Assembly (NCBI GenBank): GCA_965223665.1 | Contig: OZ245011.1 | Coordinates: 2,976,001-3,040,000, forward strand | From: Nitrospinaceae bacterium | Lineage (GTDB): Bacteria; Nitrospinota; Nitrospinia; Nitrospinales; Nitrospinaceae | DNA length: 64,000 nt | Direction of reading: 5' to 3' | Part shown: piece by piece, positions 31,601-42,030 of the stretch | How the letters are laid out: each line of letters starts with the position of its first letter | Position numbering within the stretch: the stretch's first letter is position 1 | Made by a program: the position numbers and the translations under genes | The notes under the pieces: generated by a model | Seen by the model: only the letters and a program-made list of their open reading frames with translations | What the model was told of the DNA's origin: nothing | The model's database searches: none

Positions 31601-32611
31601 GTGAAGGTTAAAAAATCCATTATTTGGGCATTGGTTGTTGCTTTCGTGCTTGGAAGTACCTTAGTTGCGAGCGCGGCAACTATTAAAGCTTTAAAAGTTA
31701 AAGGAGCGATCCCTACAGATCCTACAGATCCTTTTTGGTCTAATTATGGTCCTACAAAAGGAAAACATGTAGTGGTTGATATGGATCCTCAAATGATTAC
31801 CAATCCGATGTGGCCTAACCCAAGCACCAAGTGGGTTAATGTTAAAGCTGCTCGGAATGATAAAGAAATTGCTGTTCGCTTGGAATGGACTGATCCTGTA
31901 CGTAACGACATTATGATTCAGTCTCAGCAATACAAAGATCAAGCAGCTATCATGTTCCCTGTTAACCAAGGTGGAGAGGAACCTCCTTTCACCATGGGTG
32001 GCGACGGTGAACGTGTAAATATCTGGCAATGGAAAGCTACCTGGAATAAAGAAGGTGCTGGAACTGCTGGAAACACTGGAATGAGTGACATGGAAGATGT
32101 ATATGGTTACATGGGCATGGGTTCTGGTGGTTACTACATGTATGAGCCTGGTGGAAAATTGGCTATGAAATCTGCTTTGAAGCCTGGAACATCTGGAAGT
32201 AAAGATGAGCGTGGTAAAGGTGGAGTTCATACAGGTGGCGTTGGAGATATCAGTAAACGTGGTAGTTATGTAGATTTTGGTATGGGTAAAAACGAAGGTG
32301 TTTTTAATCCTGGCCGAGCTACTGGTAACATGTTATCTGATGCTTCCATGAGACGTTCTCCTGTGGAAGATTTAAATGCTGAAGGTTTCAGTACTTTAAC
32401 CACTCAAGCGCATCAAGATGTTGATGGTGAAGGTAACTGGAGTAACAATCGCTGGTCTGTTGTATTCAAGCGAGCTTTGGCCACCGACGATTCTAACGAT
32501 ACACAGTTTAGCGGCGGGAAAACTCCAATGGCAATCGCTATTTGGAATGGTCAAAATAAAGAAAGAAATGGTCAGAAAGCTGTTACACAATGGCAAACTT
32601 TGGAATATTAA
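31601..32611 (+). CDS. nxrC: Nitrite oxidoreductase gamma subunit candidate (EbdC-like heme b protein)
   Basis: Sec signal; RLEWTD, DQAAIMFP, PPFTMG, VNIWQWKA, AEGFSTLT, IWNG..ERNGQK; directly after nxrB. Confidence 0.85.
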   Translation: MKVKKSIIWALVVAFVLGSTLVASAATIKALKVKGAIPTDPTDPFWSNYGPTKGKHVVVDMDPQMITNPMWPNPSTKWVNVKAARNDKEIAVRLEWTDPVRNDIMIQSQQYKDQAAIMFPVNQGGEEPPFTMGGDGERVNIWQWKATWNKEGAGTAGNTGMSDMEDVYGYMGMGSGGYYMYEPGGKLAMKSALKPGTSGSKDERGKGGVHTGGVGDISKRGSYVDFGMGKNEGVFNPGRATGNMLSDASMRRSPVEDLNAEGFSTLTTQAHQDVDGEGNWSNNRWSVVFKRALATDDSNDTQFSGGKTPMAIAIWNGQNKERNGQKAVTQWQTLEY

Positions 32612-32636
32612 TCCCAAGTATTCTGATCTAAATATT

Positions 32637-32670
32637 AACCCGGAGGCAAATTTGTCTCCGGGTTTTTTTT
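32637..32670 (+). terminator. Rho-independent terminator of nxr operon
   Basis: AACCCGGAGGCAAATTTGTCTCCGGGTTTTTTTT. Confidence 0.85.
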
Positions 32671-32677
32671 ATGGAAA

Positions 32678-32992
32678 TTATTCGGTTTCCCAACCCATTT
32701 CTTCCCACCGGTGCATTCCTCCCTGACTCACGCAAGTAATATTACTTAAACCCGCTTGCGTCAAGGCATCAGAAGCTTTTTGAGCTCGTCCACCCATTTT
32801 GCAATGAACATAAACATTTTTGTATTTTCTTAACTCATCAACAATATCCTGAACTTCATCATGTTTATGGTTTCTTGCTCCTTTAATATGCCCCTCTGCA
32901 AATTCTTCCGGACTCCTGACATCTAAAATTAAATCTTCTTCTCCCAAACTTGGAAGAAGGTCATGAAGCTTATCTATATTTATGTTTTCCAT
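32678..32992 (-). CDS. Rhodanese-like domain protein
   Basis: LDVRSPEEFAEGHIKGA, HCKMGGRA, GGMHRW. Confidence 0.9.
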   Translation of the reverse strand: MENINIDKLHDLLPSLGEEDLILDVRSPEEFAEGHIKGARNHKHDEVQDIVDELRKYKNVYVHCKMGGRAQKASDALTQAGLSNITCVSQGGMHRWEEMGWETE

Positions 32993-33196
32993 ATTTTCCT
33001 CTTTGAAATTTTGTTTCTCGAAAGTTTAAAACTAATTTTTAGAGATAAATTTTCCTTTTTAAGAGAAATTCTTGCCGAAAGCAATTTTTTTTAAAAAAAT
33101 CTCTATATAAATCCCAAATAAAACCAACTGGGCAAAACCCTTTTGAATAAGGCTTTCTACCCCATTCATTCAAAAAATAAGACTTATAAAAAGTTT

Positions 33197-33212
33197 TGGT
33201 ATGGTAATTGCT
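33197..33212 (+). promoter_or_regulatory. Candidate sigma54 promoter of flgF operon
   Basis: TGGTATGGTAATTGCT (GG-N10-GC), 32 bp before flgF. Confidence 0.65.
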
Positions 33213-33244
33213 CTTAACGGAATATCAACAATAGGAGTCTGCCT

Positions 33245-34030
33245 ATGCTCGAAGCTTTATATATAGCATCCTCTGGAGCAGTGAAGCAAGAAAGAAAGTT
33301 GGAACTAATAACCAACAACCTGGCCAATGTGACTACCACAGGTTACAAAAAAGATAGCCTTTTTTATAAAGAAATAACCGCTCCAACATCCGATCCTTTG
33401 ACTTTAAATGAAGGACAATCGCTTTTAGAAATTTCACATGAAAATGATGAAACCTCTTATGTAGCGGTTATGGGATCAATGACCCATTTTTCACAGGGGT
33501 ATTTGCAACCTACAGAAAACCCTTTAGATCTGGCTTTAGAAGGAGATGGATTTTTTGCAATGCAGACTGAAGAAGGAATTCGTTACAGCCGAAAAGGGGC
33601 TTTTCGAATGAGTGACGATGGACAATTGGTTCATCCGGACGGCCACTTGGTTTTATCCGAGGGTGGGGATCCAATATCCATTCCCTCAGGAAGTGGTCAA
33701 TTGACTGTTGATCCTGACGGCAATATTTCTGTAGGAAGTGGAAACAACATATCTCCTGTGGGAAAAATTCAAATTGCACATTTTGCAGATCTCAATAATT
33801 TAATCAAAGATGAACATGGATTTTTTAAACCGATTGATCCAGACATTACTCCCGATACGGAAGGAAACACAAAGTTATTACAGGGTTTTGTTGAATCAAG
33901 TAATGTAAATGTCGCAGAGGAAATGACTCTCATGATTGAAACTCACAGGCTTTTCGAAGCCTATCAAAAGGTAATTCAATCTGCAGATGAGGCGGATGGA
34001 CTTTCAGTGAGTATTTCTAGAGTCATTTAA
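33245..34030 (+). CDS. flgF: Flagellar basal-body rod protein FlgF
   Basis: NNLANVTTTGYK, LDLALEGDGFF, ESSNVN; precedes flgG. Confidence 0.85.
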   Translation: MLEALYIASSGAVKQERKLELITNNLANVTTTGYKKDSLFYKEITAPTSDPLTLNEGQSLLEISHENDETSYVAVMGSMTHFSQGYLQPTENPLDLALEGDGFFAMQTEEGIRYSRKGAFRMSDDGQLVHPDGHLVLSEGGDPISIPSGSGQLTVDPDGNISVGSGNNISPVGKIQIAHFADLNNLIKDEHGFFKPIDPDITPDTEGNTKLLQGFVESSNVNVAEEMTLMIETHRLFEAYQKVIQSADEADGLSVSISRVI

Positions 34031-34071
34031 TAATGAATATTTAAAAACTTTTTTAGATTAGGTGTCTAATA

Positions 34072-34860
34072 ATGATACGTTCGTTGTATACAGCGTCCAC
34101 TGGTATGCAGGCCCAGGATTTAAACGTCAGCGTAATAGCCAATAATCTCTCCAATGTGAATACAGCGGGATTCAAACGAAGCCGTGCAGACTTTCAAGAT
34201 CTTTTGTATCAGAATTTAAGATTAATGGGGACATTATCGAACAATGGAAACCAGGTTCCCACAGGATTTCAACTTGGTTTGGGGGTCAAACCAGCAGCTA
34301 CCCAAAAAGTATTTATCCAAGGAGATTTTGCCCAAACTCAAAATCCATTAGATATTGCAATTGAAGGAAAAGGATTTTTTCAGATTACACAACCCAATGG
34401 TCAAATTGGGTATACACGTTCTGGTGCCTTCAAACTAGATAACGTCGGACAATTAGTCACTTCAGACGGTTTACTCATGCAACCTGCCGTTACCATTCCT
34501 CCCGATGCAATTACTATTTCAATTGATCCCTCTGGGACAGTTTCGGTGACTCAGCCTGGAGCCCCAACTCCTTCCGTCGTCGGGACCATTCAATTAGCCA
34601 CTTTCCAAAACCCAGGGGGATTGAATGCTATAGGAAATAATTTGTTTTTAGAAACAGCTGCATCTGGAACTCCTGTAGTTGGGAATGCTGGATTGGATGA
34701 CAGAGGAACTCTCAGGCAGGGATTTATAGAATTATCTAATGTGAGTGTCGTTGAGGAATTAGTGAACCTTATAACAGCTCAAAGGGCTTATGAGGTAAAT
34801 AGCCGTTCTGTCCAAACTGCGGATGAAATGCTGCAAATTGCAGGGAACCTAAAGCGATAA
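34072..34860 (+). CDS. flgG: Flagellar basal-body rod protein FlgG
   Basis: [25 protein letters not shown]...[20 protein letters not shown]. Confidence 0.95.
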   Translation: MIRSLYTASTGMQAQDLNVSVIANNLSNVNTAGFKRSRADFQDLLYQNLRLMGTLSNNGNQVPTGFQLGLGVKPAATQKVFIQGDFAQTQNPLDIAIEGKGFFQITQPNGQIGYTRSGAFKLDNVGQLVTSDGLLMQPAVTIPPDAITISIDPSGTVSVTQPGAPTPSVVGTIQLATFQNPGGLNAIGNNLFLETAASGTPVVGNAGLDDRGTLRQGFIELSNVSVVEELVNLITAQRAYEVNSRSVQTADEMLQIAGNLKR

Positions 34861-34864
34861 CATT

Positions 34865-35614
34865 ATGAAAAAATTAAATTTAGATATTCATCAAGTTGTA
34901 AAAATTTATATTACTTTATTTTTCTCCTTATACTTTTTTGGTTTAAATGCACTTACCGCTGAGGCAAAACGGAATCAGCTTGTAAAGGAAAGGCTAATAG
35001 TTAAAGAAGCTAAACGCTTTCTTGAGAATACATTGATTTGGGATTCCGACCATTTAGAAATGGAAATTTTTTATAGCGGTGGAAATCTGGTGATCCCCAA
35101 GGGAGTGGTGGAATTAGAATACAAAATGCCTGGTAGAAAAAATAGAGCTGGGCGAGTTCCCTTAATCCTGAATGTTCGATTAAATGGGTTGGTGAAGAAG
35201 CGTGTCCGAATGTACGCTGAAGTTATTGTTATATATGATGTACTTACAGCAAGACGTGGATTGAGGCGGAACCAAATTTTAACTGAAAGAGACGTGGAAT
35301 GGACGGAAGTAAGATCTAAACATGTACTTAGAAATGTAGTGACGGATTTAAATGAAGTCATTGGAAGTAAAATTACAAGGAATCTGGATCCAGGTGAAAA
35401 TCTATCACCCTATATGTTGAAAAAGGTTCCTTTGGTAAAACGTGGGGACCGTGTCACTTTAATTGCAATTAAAGGCGCTCTTAAAATTACGGTTCCTGGT
35501 GTAGCCAAAGAGAATGGCTTTAAAGATGCAACGGTTATGGTACAAAATGTTCAATCCAAAAAAATTGTTTATGGAACCGTTGTTAATTCCAGAACTGTGA
35601 TGGTCAATTATTAA
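34865..35614 (+). CDS. flgA: Flagellar P-ring formation chaperone FlgA
   Basis: LVKRGDRVTL...GVAKENG...VQNVQSKKIV SAF/ChapFlgA region; gene order. Confidence 0.85.
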   Translation: MKKLNLDIHQVVKIYITLFFSLYFFGLNALTAEAKRNQLVKERLIVKEAKRFLENTLIWDSDHLEMEIFYSGGNLVIPKGVVELEYKMPGRKNRAGRVPLILNVRLNGLVKKRVRMYAEVIVIYDVLTARRGLRRNQILTERDVEWTEVRSKHVLRNVVTDLNEVIGSKITRNLDPGENLSPYMLKKVPLVKRGDRVTLIAIKGALKITVPGVAKENGFKDATVMVQNVQSKKIVYGTVVNSRTVMVNY

Positions 35615-35631
35615 TTAATGGGAAATCTATT

Positions 35632-36345
35632 TTGAAAAATTTAATTTTGCGTTCATTTTTATTTTTAATAATGATTGTTGGATTAACTGCATGTGTTTCT
35701 GATCCAAAACCACCAAATCCGGCTTCACAGATAGTTACACAAAAAATTTATGAGGATTCTGTTTATATTCCTGAAGAAGGTTCAATTTGGCCAGGAGAAA
35801 CTTCAGAAAACTTATTATTTGCGGATACCAAAGCTAAAGAAGTAGGTGATGTAGTCATAGTAAGGTTAAATGAAGATTTTACTTCTTCCCAAACAGCATC
35901 CACAGATACTTCAAAGGACTCAAGTATAGATATTGAAACGGGGTCGGTTTTTGGTTTACCGACAGATTTTGGAATTTCAAATTTTTTGGGTTCCGGCAAC
36001 AGTTTTAGTCCAAACTTAGAAGCGACTACCTCCCGTTCAACGGCCGGTTCTGGTACTACCTCAAGACAAGGTTCTATGACGGGGACCATGGCTGCTGTAA
36101 TAAAGGGAATTTTACCAAGTGGTAATTTTGTCATTGAAGGAAAGCGTAAAGTAACAATAAATAATGAAGACCAGTTGATGGTGTTGAGTGGTGTCATTCG
36201 ACGAGTTGATATAGGTTTTGATAATTCTATTCCTTCACAAAAAATTGCTGATGCTTCAATTATTTATACAGGTAAAGGTGTTATTGCAGATGAACAGAAA
36301 GTTGGATGGTTCACTCGAATTTTGGCTCATATTTGGCCATTTTAA
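35632..36345 (+). CDS. flgH: Flagellar L-ring lipoprotein FlgH
   Basis: Lipobox LTAC; LFADTKAKEVGD; SGVIRRVDI; C-terminal WPF. Confidence 0.92.
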   Translation: MKNLILRSFLFLIMIVGLTACVSDPKPPNPASQIVTQKIYEDSVYIPEEGSIWPGETSENLLFADTKAKEVGDVVIVRLNEDFTSSQTASTDTSKDSSIDIETGSVFGLPTDFGISNFLGSGNSFSPNLEATTSRSTAGSGTTSRQGSMTGTMAAVIKGILPSGNFVIEGKRKVTINNEDQLMVLSGVIRRVDIGFDNSIPSQKIADASIIYTGKGVIADEQKVGWFTRILAHIWPF

Positions 36346-36447
36346 GAAAAAGTTATCAGTTGAAATATAAAAAATAAGTAATTTCTTTATCAAGTACCAA
36401 ACAAGCATAGATGCTCTTGGCACACTAATACAGTTGGAGATACAAGG

Positions 36448-37572
36448 ATGTTTCAAAACATTTATGGAAAAATGGCGTTATCGGTTTTTATTGTATTGTG
36501 TTTTCTGATTGGAACAGCTCAATCTGCTCGAATTAAAGATATAGCGAATATAAATGGGGTTCGTCACAATCAATTGATCGGTTTTGGATTGGTCATTGGT
36601 CTGGCTAATACCGGTGACCGTGCAACTAACGTTTTCTTTTCCATCCAAACCGTAGTAAATATGCTCCAAAAATTAGGAGTAACTGTCCCTGAAGATCGAG
36701 TGAATCAACTCCAATTCAAAAATGCTGCAACGGTTATGGTCACTGCGGAACTTCCACCCTTTGCCAAACAGGGAGACCGTATTGATGTTATGGTCTCATC
36801 ATTAGGAGATTCTAAAAGTTTGCAAGGAGGAACCCTGTTGATGACTCCTTTAAAGGGTCCTGATTCTGTGATCTACGCAGTAGCTCAAGGACCATTATCC
36901 ATAGGTGGATTTTCAGTTCAGGGGCAAGCACAAGGAGTGCAAAAAAATCACCTAAACGTTGGTCGGATTGTAAATGGAGCTTTTGTTGAAAAAGAATTAA
37001 AGAATGACTTTAAAAATAGAGACGAGTTGCTTCTCTCAATGAAATTAACTGATTTTACAACAGGGTTTAGAATCGCCAAAGTAATAAATACAGAATTAAG
37101 GGATGTAATTGCTACTCCATTAGATGGAAGAACTATTAAAGTAAAAGTGCCCCCATTCTATATACAAAATGTTCCAGCTTTTGTGACTAAAATAGAATCC
37201 TTGCAAGTTGAACCCGATACAGTTGCAAAGGTAATAATTGATGAAAGAACAGGGACCATTGTAATGGGAGAAAATGTGCGTCTGTCCACAGTGGCAGTAG
37301 CACATGGAAATCTTTTTGTTCAAATAACAGAATCTCCGTTGGTTTCGCAACCCCCTCCGTTCTCACCAAATGGAGAAACAGTAATTGTGCCTAGATCTCG
37401 AGTGACAATTGAGGAAGGAGAAGACCGGTTATTGATCGTTCCAAAAGGTGTTGGGATTGGCGAAGTGGTGAACGCGCTTAATGCATTGGGAGTGACTCCA
37501 CGAGATTTAATAGCAATCCTTCAAGCCATAAAAGCTGCCGGTTCTTTACATGCTCAATTGGAAATTATTTAG
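36448..37572 (+). CDS. flgI: Flagellar P-ring protein FlgI
   Basis: RIKDI...GVRHNQLIGFGLVIGL, SLQGGTL, ERTGTIV, LQAIKAAGSL. Confidence 0.95.
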   Translation: MFQNIYGKMALSVFIVLCFLIGTAQSARIKDIANINGVRHNQLIGFGLVIGLANTGDRATNVFFSIQTVVNMLQKLGVTVPEDRVNQLQFKNAATVMVTAELPPFAKQGDRIDVMVSSLGDSKSLQGGTLLMTPLKGPDSVIYAVAQGPLSIGGFSVQGQAQGVQKNHLNVGRIVNGAFVEKELKNDFKNRDELLLSMKLTDFTTGFRIAKVINTELRDVIATPLDGRTIKVKVPPFYIQNVPAFVTKIESLQVEPDTVAKVIIDERTGTIVMGENVRLSTVAVAHGNLFVQITESPLVSQPPPFSPNGETVIVPRSRVTIEEGEDRLLIVPKGVGIGEVVNALNALGVTPRDLIAILQAIKAAGSLHAQLEII

Positions 37573-37715
37573 TAAGTATCAATTTTTAAACAGGAATATT
37601 TTTTATATTTATCAGGGAAAATTTTTCCGACTATATAATCTATTGGTCATTTGCATGCAAGCTTGAGACTTATTACTTATTGTTTTTTGCGCATTTAAAT
37701 TAATGAGGATTTTCA

Positions 37716-37731
37716 TGGCATTGTGTTTGCT
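37716..37731 (+). promoter_or_regulatory. Candidate sigma54 promoter of flgJ-flgN-flgK-flgL
   Basis: TGGCATTGTGTTTGCT (GG-N10-GC). Confidence 0.65.
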
Positions 37732-37808
37732 TAATTTCAGTAGAGCTAAATCTGTTAGTGATTTATTTGCCCTTTAGAGCTATTAAAAATATAGATTGAG
37801 AAACAAGA

Positions 37809-38201
37809 ATGGATATAAGTTTTCCTATTAACCAACCATCAAATATTTTAAATTTTTCTAACCCTTCCCGAGCGGAAGGCTTGTTGAATAGGTTGAAGAA
37901 TTCAAGTTTAGAAAAAAATGGTCCGGCTGAATTAAGTAATTCGGTATCCAGAGAAACAGAATTAAAAGAAGTTGCTCAGCAGTTTGAGGGAATGTTTCTT
38001 CATATTTTGCTTAAATCCATGAGGGCCACAGTTCCCAAATCAGGTTTATTTAAAAGTTTCGCTATGGATCAATATCAATCCATGCTGGATGAAGAAATTG
38101 CTACTGCTGGTTCTAAGCAGGGGGGATTAGGTTTGTCCGAACTATTTTATGATCAATTTAGCCGGTTGGATAAACAACTGCTTAACGAGAAAACAGGATA
38201 A
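37809..38201 (+). CDS. flgJ: FlgJ rod-binding domain protein (no muramidase domain)
   Basis: LKEVAQQFEGMF...KSMRATV...GLGLSE. Confidence 0.85.
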   Translation: MDISFPINQPSNILNFSNPSRAEGLLNRLKNSSLEKNGPAELSNSVSRETELKEVAQQFEGMFLHILLKSMRATVPKSGLFKSFAMDQYQSMLDEEIATAGSKQGGLGLSELFYDQFSRLDKQLLNEKTG

Positions 38202-38238
38202 TTGAAATTCATAAGTATCTCTAAATCTCGAGGAATGT

Positions 38239-38739
38239 ATGGAAAATTCATATAAAATTTTGGACGAGTTATTGTTAAAAAAGACTCAGCTATATACCAA
38301 ATTTATTGATTTGCTAAAAGAAGAGTGGACGGCTGTCACTCAATATATGCTAGAGCGATTGGAAGAAATACTGGAGAAAAAAGAAGTATTAGTCGAAGAA
38401 ATCCAGAAAATTAATGTAATGCGGGAAAAAGTGGTTCAAACAATTGCTGGAAAGCAAAATATTCCTGTAAATGAAATTACATTAAACAAAATTATTGAAT
38501 TGAAAGAAAATCTTTGGTCAGAAAGAATGCAACTGCATAGAGAAAAGTTGCGTGAACAAATAGAATTAATCAATGAATTAAACTTAACGAACAGGAATTT
38601 AATTAATCGTTCGGCTATGACAGCAAAAAAATCCGTTACATGGTTATATCAAGTGGACGCTTCATATTCGCCTTACCACGCTAATGGACAAATCGCCGAT
38701 CCAAAATTTGAAAGCCGTATGGTAAGTACAGACGCTTAA
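38239..38739 (+). CDS. flgN: Flagellar export chaperone FlgN
   Basis: Helical 166-aa protein with NELNLTNRNLI motif, directly upstream of flgK. Confidence 0.75.
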   Translation: MENSYKILDELLLKKTQLYTKFIDLLKEEWTAVTQYMLERLEEILEKKEVLVEEIQKINVMREKVVQTIAGKQNIPVNEITLNKIIELKENLWSERMQLHREKLREQIELINELNLTNRNLINRSAMTAKKSVTWLYQVDASYSPYHANGQIADPKFESRMVSTDA

Positions 38740-38771
38740 GAAAGATTTTTTTCCAAGGATGGGAAAGTAAA

Positions 38772-40451
38772 ATGACAACAAATATTTTTAGTATCCTCAA
38801 TATTGCAAAGTCCAGCCTGTTTGCTCAACAATCTGCTATTGAGGTGACAGGACACAATATATCTAATGTCCAAACCAAAGGTTATACCCGCCAAGAAGTA
38901 AATCTCGAAACTTTTCCCCCAAGACAATCTGGATTAGGTCTTTTAGGAACCGGTGTCAAAATACGAAATATTACGCGAGATTTTGATCAATTTCTGTTTA
39001 ATCAGATTTTAGGAGAAGGAAGCACTACGGGTAACTTCGAAGCCAGACAAAAAATCTTTGAAAAATTGGATATTATTTTTAATGAGACAACAGGCCGCAG
39101 TTTAAACAGTGAGTTTAGCGAATTTTTTAAAGGGTTTGATGATTTAGCTACGAACCCTACTGGACTTCCTGAAAGAAGCACCATAATTGGAAATGCTCAA
39201 TCCTTGGTTTCGGTCTTCAATTTGATGGGTAAATCTTTGTTTCAAGAAAGATTGGACCTCAATGTATTAGTGGAAGACAGAGTTACTGAAATTAATGGTC
39301 TATTAGATGAAATTCAGGAATTGAATGTGGCTATTCACGCAAATGAACCTGGTGATGATGTTGCAAATGATTTGAGAGATCAAAGAGATATTCGAGTTCG
39401 TGAATTATCAGAAAAAATAGATATTAATATTATTGAAGAAAACTCAAATCAAATTAAACTTACGACCACTGATGGAACTCCATTAATTTTAGGAATTGAA
39501 GCTTTTAGATTGAGTACAGCCACAAACGGAAATAATCGAGGGCTAAAGGATGTATTTGTTAGTGATGGAGGATTTGGTACGGTCAATATAACAAATCGTA
39601 TTCAGGGTGGAGAAATTAGAGGTATATTAGATTTACGAGATCGTGAAATTACTTCCGCAATTGATCAATTGGATCGGTTAGCCGCAGGCGTGATTCAAGA
39701 AGTAAATCGAGTGCATCAACAAGGTGTAGGATTAGATGGAAGTACAGGAAATAATTTCTTTGCTCCTCTGGATCCTGTTGTCCATGCAGATGTGAATAAT
39801 ACTGGGTCAGCTAATGTGACTATGATAAATGCAAGCCCTACTTCGGTTTCTGTTGATAAATTCGAACTCCATTTTACAAGTGCGACATCGTTTGATTTAG
39901 TAAATACAACCACGGGAGTGACATCAGGTCCCAATCCATTTGTTGCTGGAAGTACATTTAATCTAGTAAATGGGTTAGCTGTTACGATAAATGGAACTGC
40001 TGCGGCAGGTGATGTTTTCAGATTTTCAGTATCAGAAGATGCAGCATTAAAAATCCAACTCAACGATGCGGTAGTAACAGATACCAGAAAAATGGCTGCT
40101 GGGTTGAATGGTAGTGAAGATGGGGGCAACGCACGTGCCTTATCGGATTTACAAAACAGATTTGTATTTGATGGATCGTCCTATCGCTCTGGATCGGGAT
40201 CGGTGACCTTCAATGCTTTTTATAATGCTTTGGTGAGTAGTATTGGTGTCGCATCAAAAACGGCTCAAACGGTAGTGGAACAACAGGAAGGTGTAATGCT
40301 TCAATTAGATAATCGTAGGCAAAGCATATCTGGTGTATCCATTGATGAGGAAATGATTAATCTAATTAAATTCCAGCAAGCCTATCAAGCAGCGGCGAGA
40401 TTAATAAATGTTGTGGATGAGATGTTTGACATTATTCAGGAACGAATTTAA
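38772..40451 (+). CDS. flgK: Hook-associated protein FlgK
   Basis: GHNISNVQTKGYTRQ, NDLRDQRD, SGVSIDEEMINLIKFQQAYQAAA. Confidence 0.95.
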   Translation: MTTNIFSILNIAKSSLFAQQSAIEVTGHNISNVQTKGYTRQEVNLETFPPRQSGLGLLGTGVKIRNITRDFDQFLFNQILGEGSTTGNFEARQKIFEKLDIIFNETTGRSLNSEFSEFFKGFDDLATNPTGLPERSTIIGNAQSLVSVFNLMGKSLFQERLDLNVLVEDRVTEINGLLDEIQELNVAIHANEPGDDVANDLRDQRDIRVRELSEKIDINIIEENSNQIKLTTTDGTPLILGIEAFRLSTATNGNNRGLKDVFVSDGGFGTVNITNRIQGGEIRGILDLRDREITSAIDQLDRLAAGVIQEVNRVHQQGVGLDGSTGNNFFAPLDPVVHADVNNTGSANVTMINASPTSVSVDKFELHFTSATSFDLVNTTTGVTSGPNPFVAGSTFNLVNGLAVTINGTAAAGDVFRFSVSEDAALKIQLNDAVVTDTRKMAAGLNGSEDGGNARALSDLQNRFVFDGSSYRSGSGSVTFNAFYNALVSSIGVASKTAQTVVEQQEGVMLQLDNRRQSISGVSIDEEMINLIKFQQAYQAAARLINVVDEMFDIIQERI

Positions 40452-40478
40452 ATAAATGCATTTAAGCGGAATTAAATT

Positions 40479-42005
40479 ATGGTAACGCGGGTTACAAATC
40501 AAGCGCAACAAGCCAGTGCTTTGAGAAATATTTTTCGTATTACAGAAGATTTGTTTAAAGCTAACGAAAGAGTTGCAACTGGAAAAAGAATTAATAAACC
40601 ATCGGATGATCCAGCTGGGATACGTGATTCGTTAAGTTTAAAAACCTCAATCGCACAAACAAAACAATTCTTAAAAAATATGGATAATAATGAATTATTT
40701 TTAGAATCTGCGGATTCCTCTCTGGATACTGTTGGACTAAACTTAATTCGGGCAAGAGAACTTGCGATTGGGGCATTGAGTGGCGCAGATACTGCAGAAA
40801 CAAGAAGGTTCGCAGCGGTAGAAATTAGTCAAATCATTAATCAGGTATTTCAATCTGCAAATACTAAAGTAGGAAATCGTTTTATTTTTTCTGGAACACG
40901 ACTTTTAATTGAACCGTTCCAGTTGGACCCCGCTGGTTCGGGTGCTGTTTATTTGGGAAATAGTTCTCGGTTTTCTTTAGAAATAGCCCCTAACCAAACT
41001 GTTGAAATCACTCGCCCCGGTTCAGAAATTTTTGCAACCGATTTGAATCCAATAATCAATCCAAACACGCCCATTGCAGATTTAAATGGTGGGAATGGGG
41101 TTCCTCCAGGTGATATTTCTATTACGGACCGTTCCGGAAATAATGCTGTGATTTCTATCACATCCGGTATGAATTTTAACGATGTGATTAATGCAATAAA
41201 TGGAACTGGTTTAAATGTTACAGCTTCCTTAAATAGTGATCAAACTGGTCTTTTGCTTACAGAATCCAGTACCAATATTTTAAATCCTTTAATTATTAGC
41301 GAGGTGGGTGGCGGGTCTACTGCAGCGGGTTTGGGTATTTTAGGACAACGGGATGGGTCCTTAAAAGGTCGTGATTTAGATCCTATTGTGACGGTCAATA
41401 CCCTTATTTCTAACTTGAATAATGGTAACGGTTTATCCCTCGATCAAATCAATATAGTAAATGGGTCCGCATCTGGAACCATAAGTTTAAGTACTGCCAC
41501 TACCATTGGCGATGTCTTAACCACAATTAATAGCTCTGGATTAAATGTTAATGCAAGTATCAATAGTACAGGTAATGCACTAAGAGTAGTTTCCACAGAT
41601 CCCAATTCTGCTGCAATTATAAGAAATGTAGGATTGGGTACAACCGCAACAGATTTGGGGTTAGGGGGAGGCCGTAACGTTTTCTTGGCACTGGAAAAAT
41701 TACGAGAAGCCCTTCAAAAGGATGACTCGGATGGAATTATTGCGTCGTTAGATAATTTAGAAGCGGTGTTGAATAGTGTCACCAACGCTAGGGCTGATTT
41801 TGGAGCTATATTAAGAAGAACCATCCAAACCAAAAATGTTCACGAAAGTGATGTAGTAGATCAAGAACAACAATTAGCTTCTGTGGAAGATTCCGATATT
41901 ACGAAAGAAGCATCCGAAATACAATTATTGGAATTTGCATTAGAAGCCACTTTAAATACCAGTGCACGGATATTACAACCTACCCTTTTGGATTTTCTAA
42001 GGTAA
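40479..42005 (+). CDS. flgL: Hook-associated protein FlgL
   Basis: TGKRINKPSDDP, ANTKVGNRFIFSG, C-terminal QPTLLDFLR. Confidence 0.9.
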   Translation: MVTRVTNQAQQASALRNIFRITEDLFKANERVATGKRINKPSDDPAGIRDSLSLKTSIAQTKQFLKNMDNNELFLESADSSLDTVGLNLIRARELAIGALSGADTAETRRFAAVEISQIINQVFQSANTKVGNRFIFSGTRLLIEPFQLDPAGSGAVYLGNSSRFSLEIAPNQTVEITRPGSEIFATDLNPIINPNTPIADLNGGNGVPPGDISITDRSGNNAVISITSGMNFNDVINAINGTGLNVTASLNSDQTGLLLTESSTNILNPLIISEVGGGSTAAGLGILGQRDGSLKGRDLDPIVTVNTLISNLNNGNGLSLDQINIVNGSASGTISLSTATTIGDVLTTINSSGLNVNASINSTGNALRVVSTDPNSAAIIRNVGLGTTATDLGLGGGRNVFLALEKLREALQKDDSDGIIASLDNLEAVLNSVTNARADFGAILRRTIQTKNVHESDVVDQEQQLASVEDSDITKEASEIQLLEFALEATLNTSARILQPTLLDFLR

Positions 42006-42030
42006 ACTTCTAAAGATTTAAAATAATTTA

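Noticed and set aside
26718-32230. Several 100-180 aa antisense ORFs within nxrABC
   Set aside because: Expected shadows of strongly biased codon usage; no recognisable motifs.
36418-36433. TGGCAC box upstream of flgI
   Set aside because: The -12 element reads TACA instead of TTGC; too weak to call.
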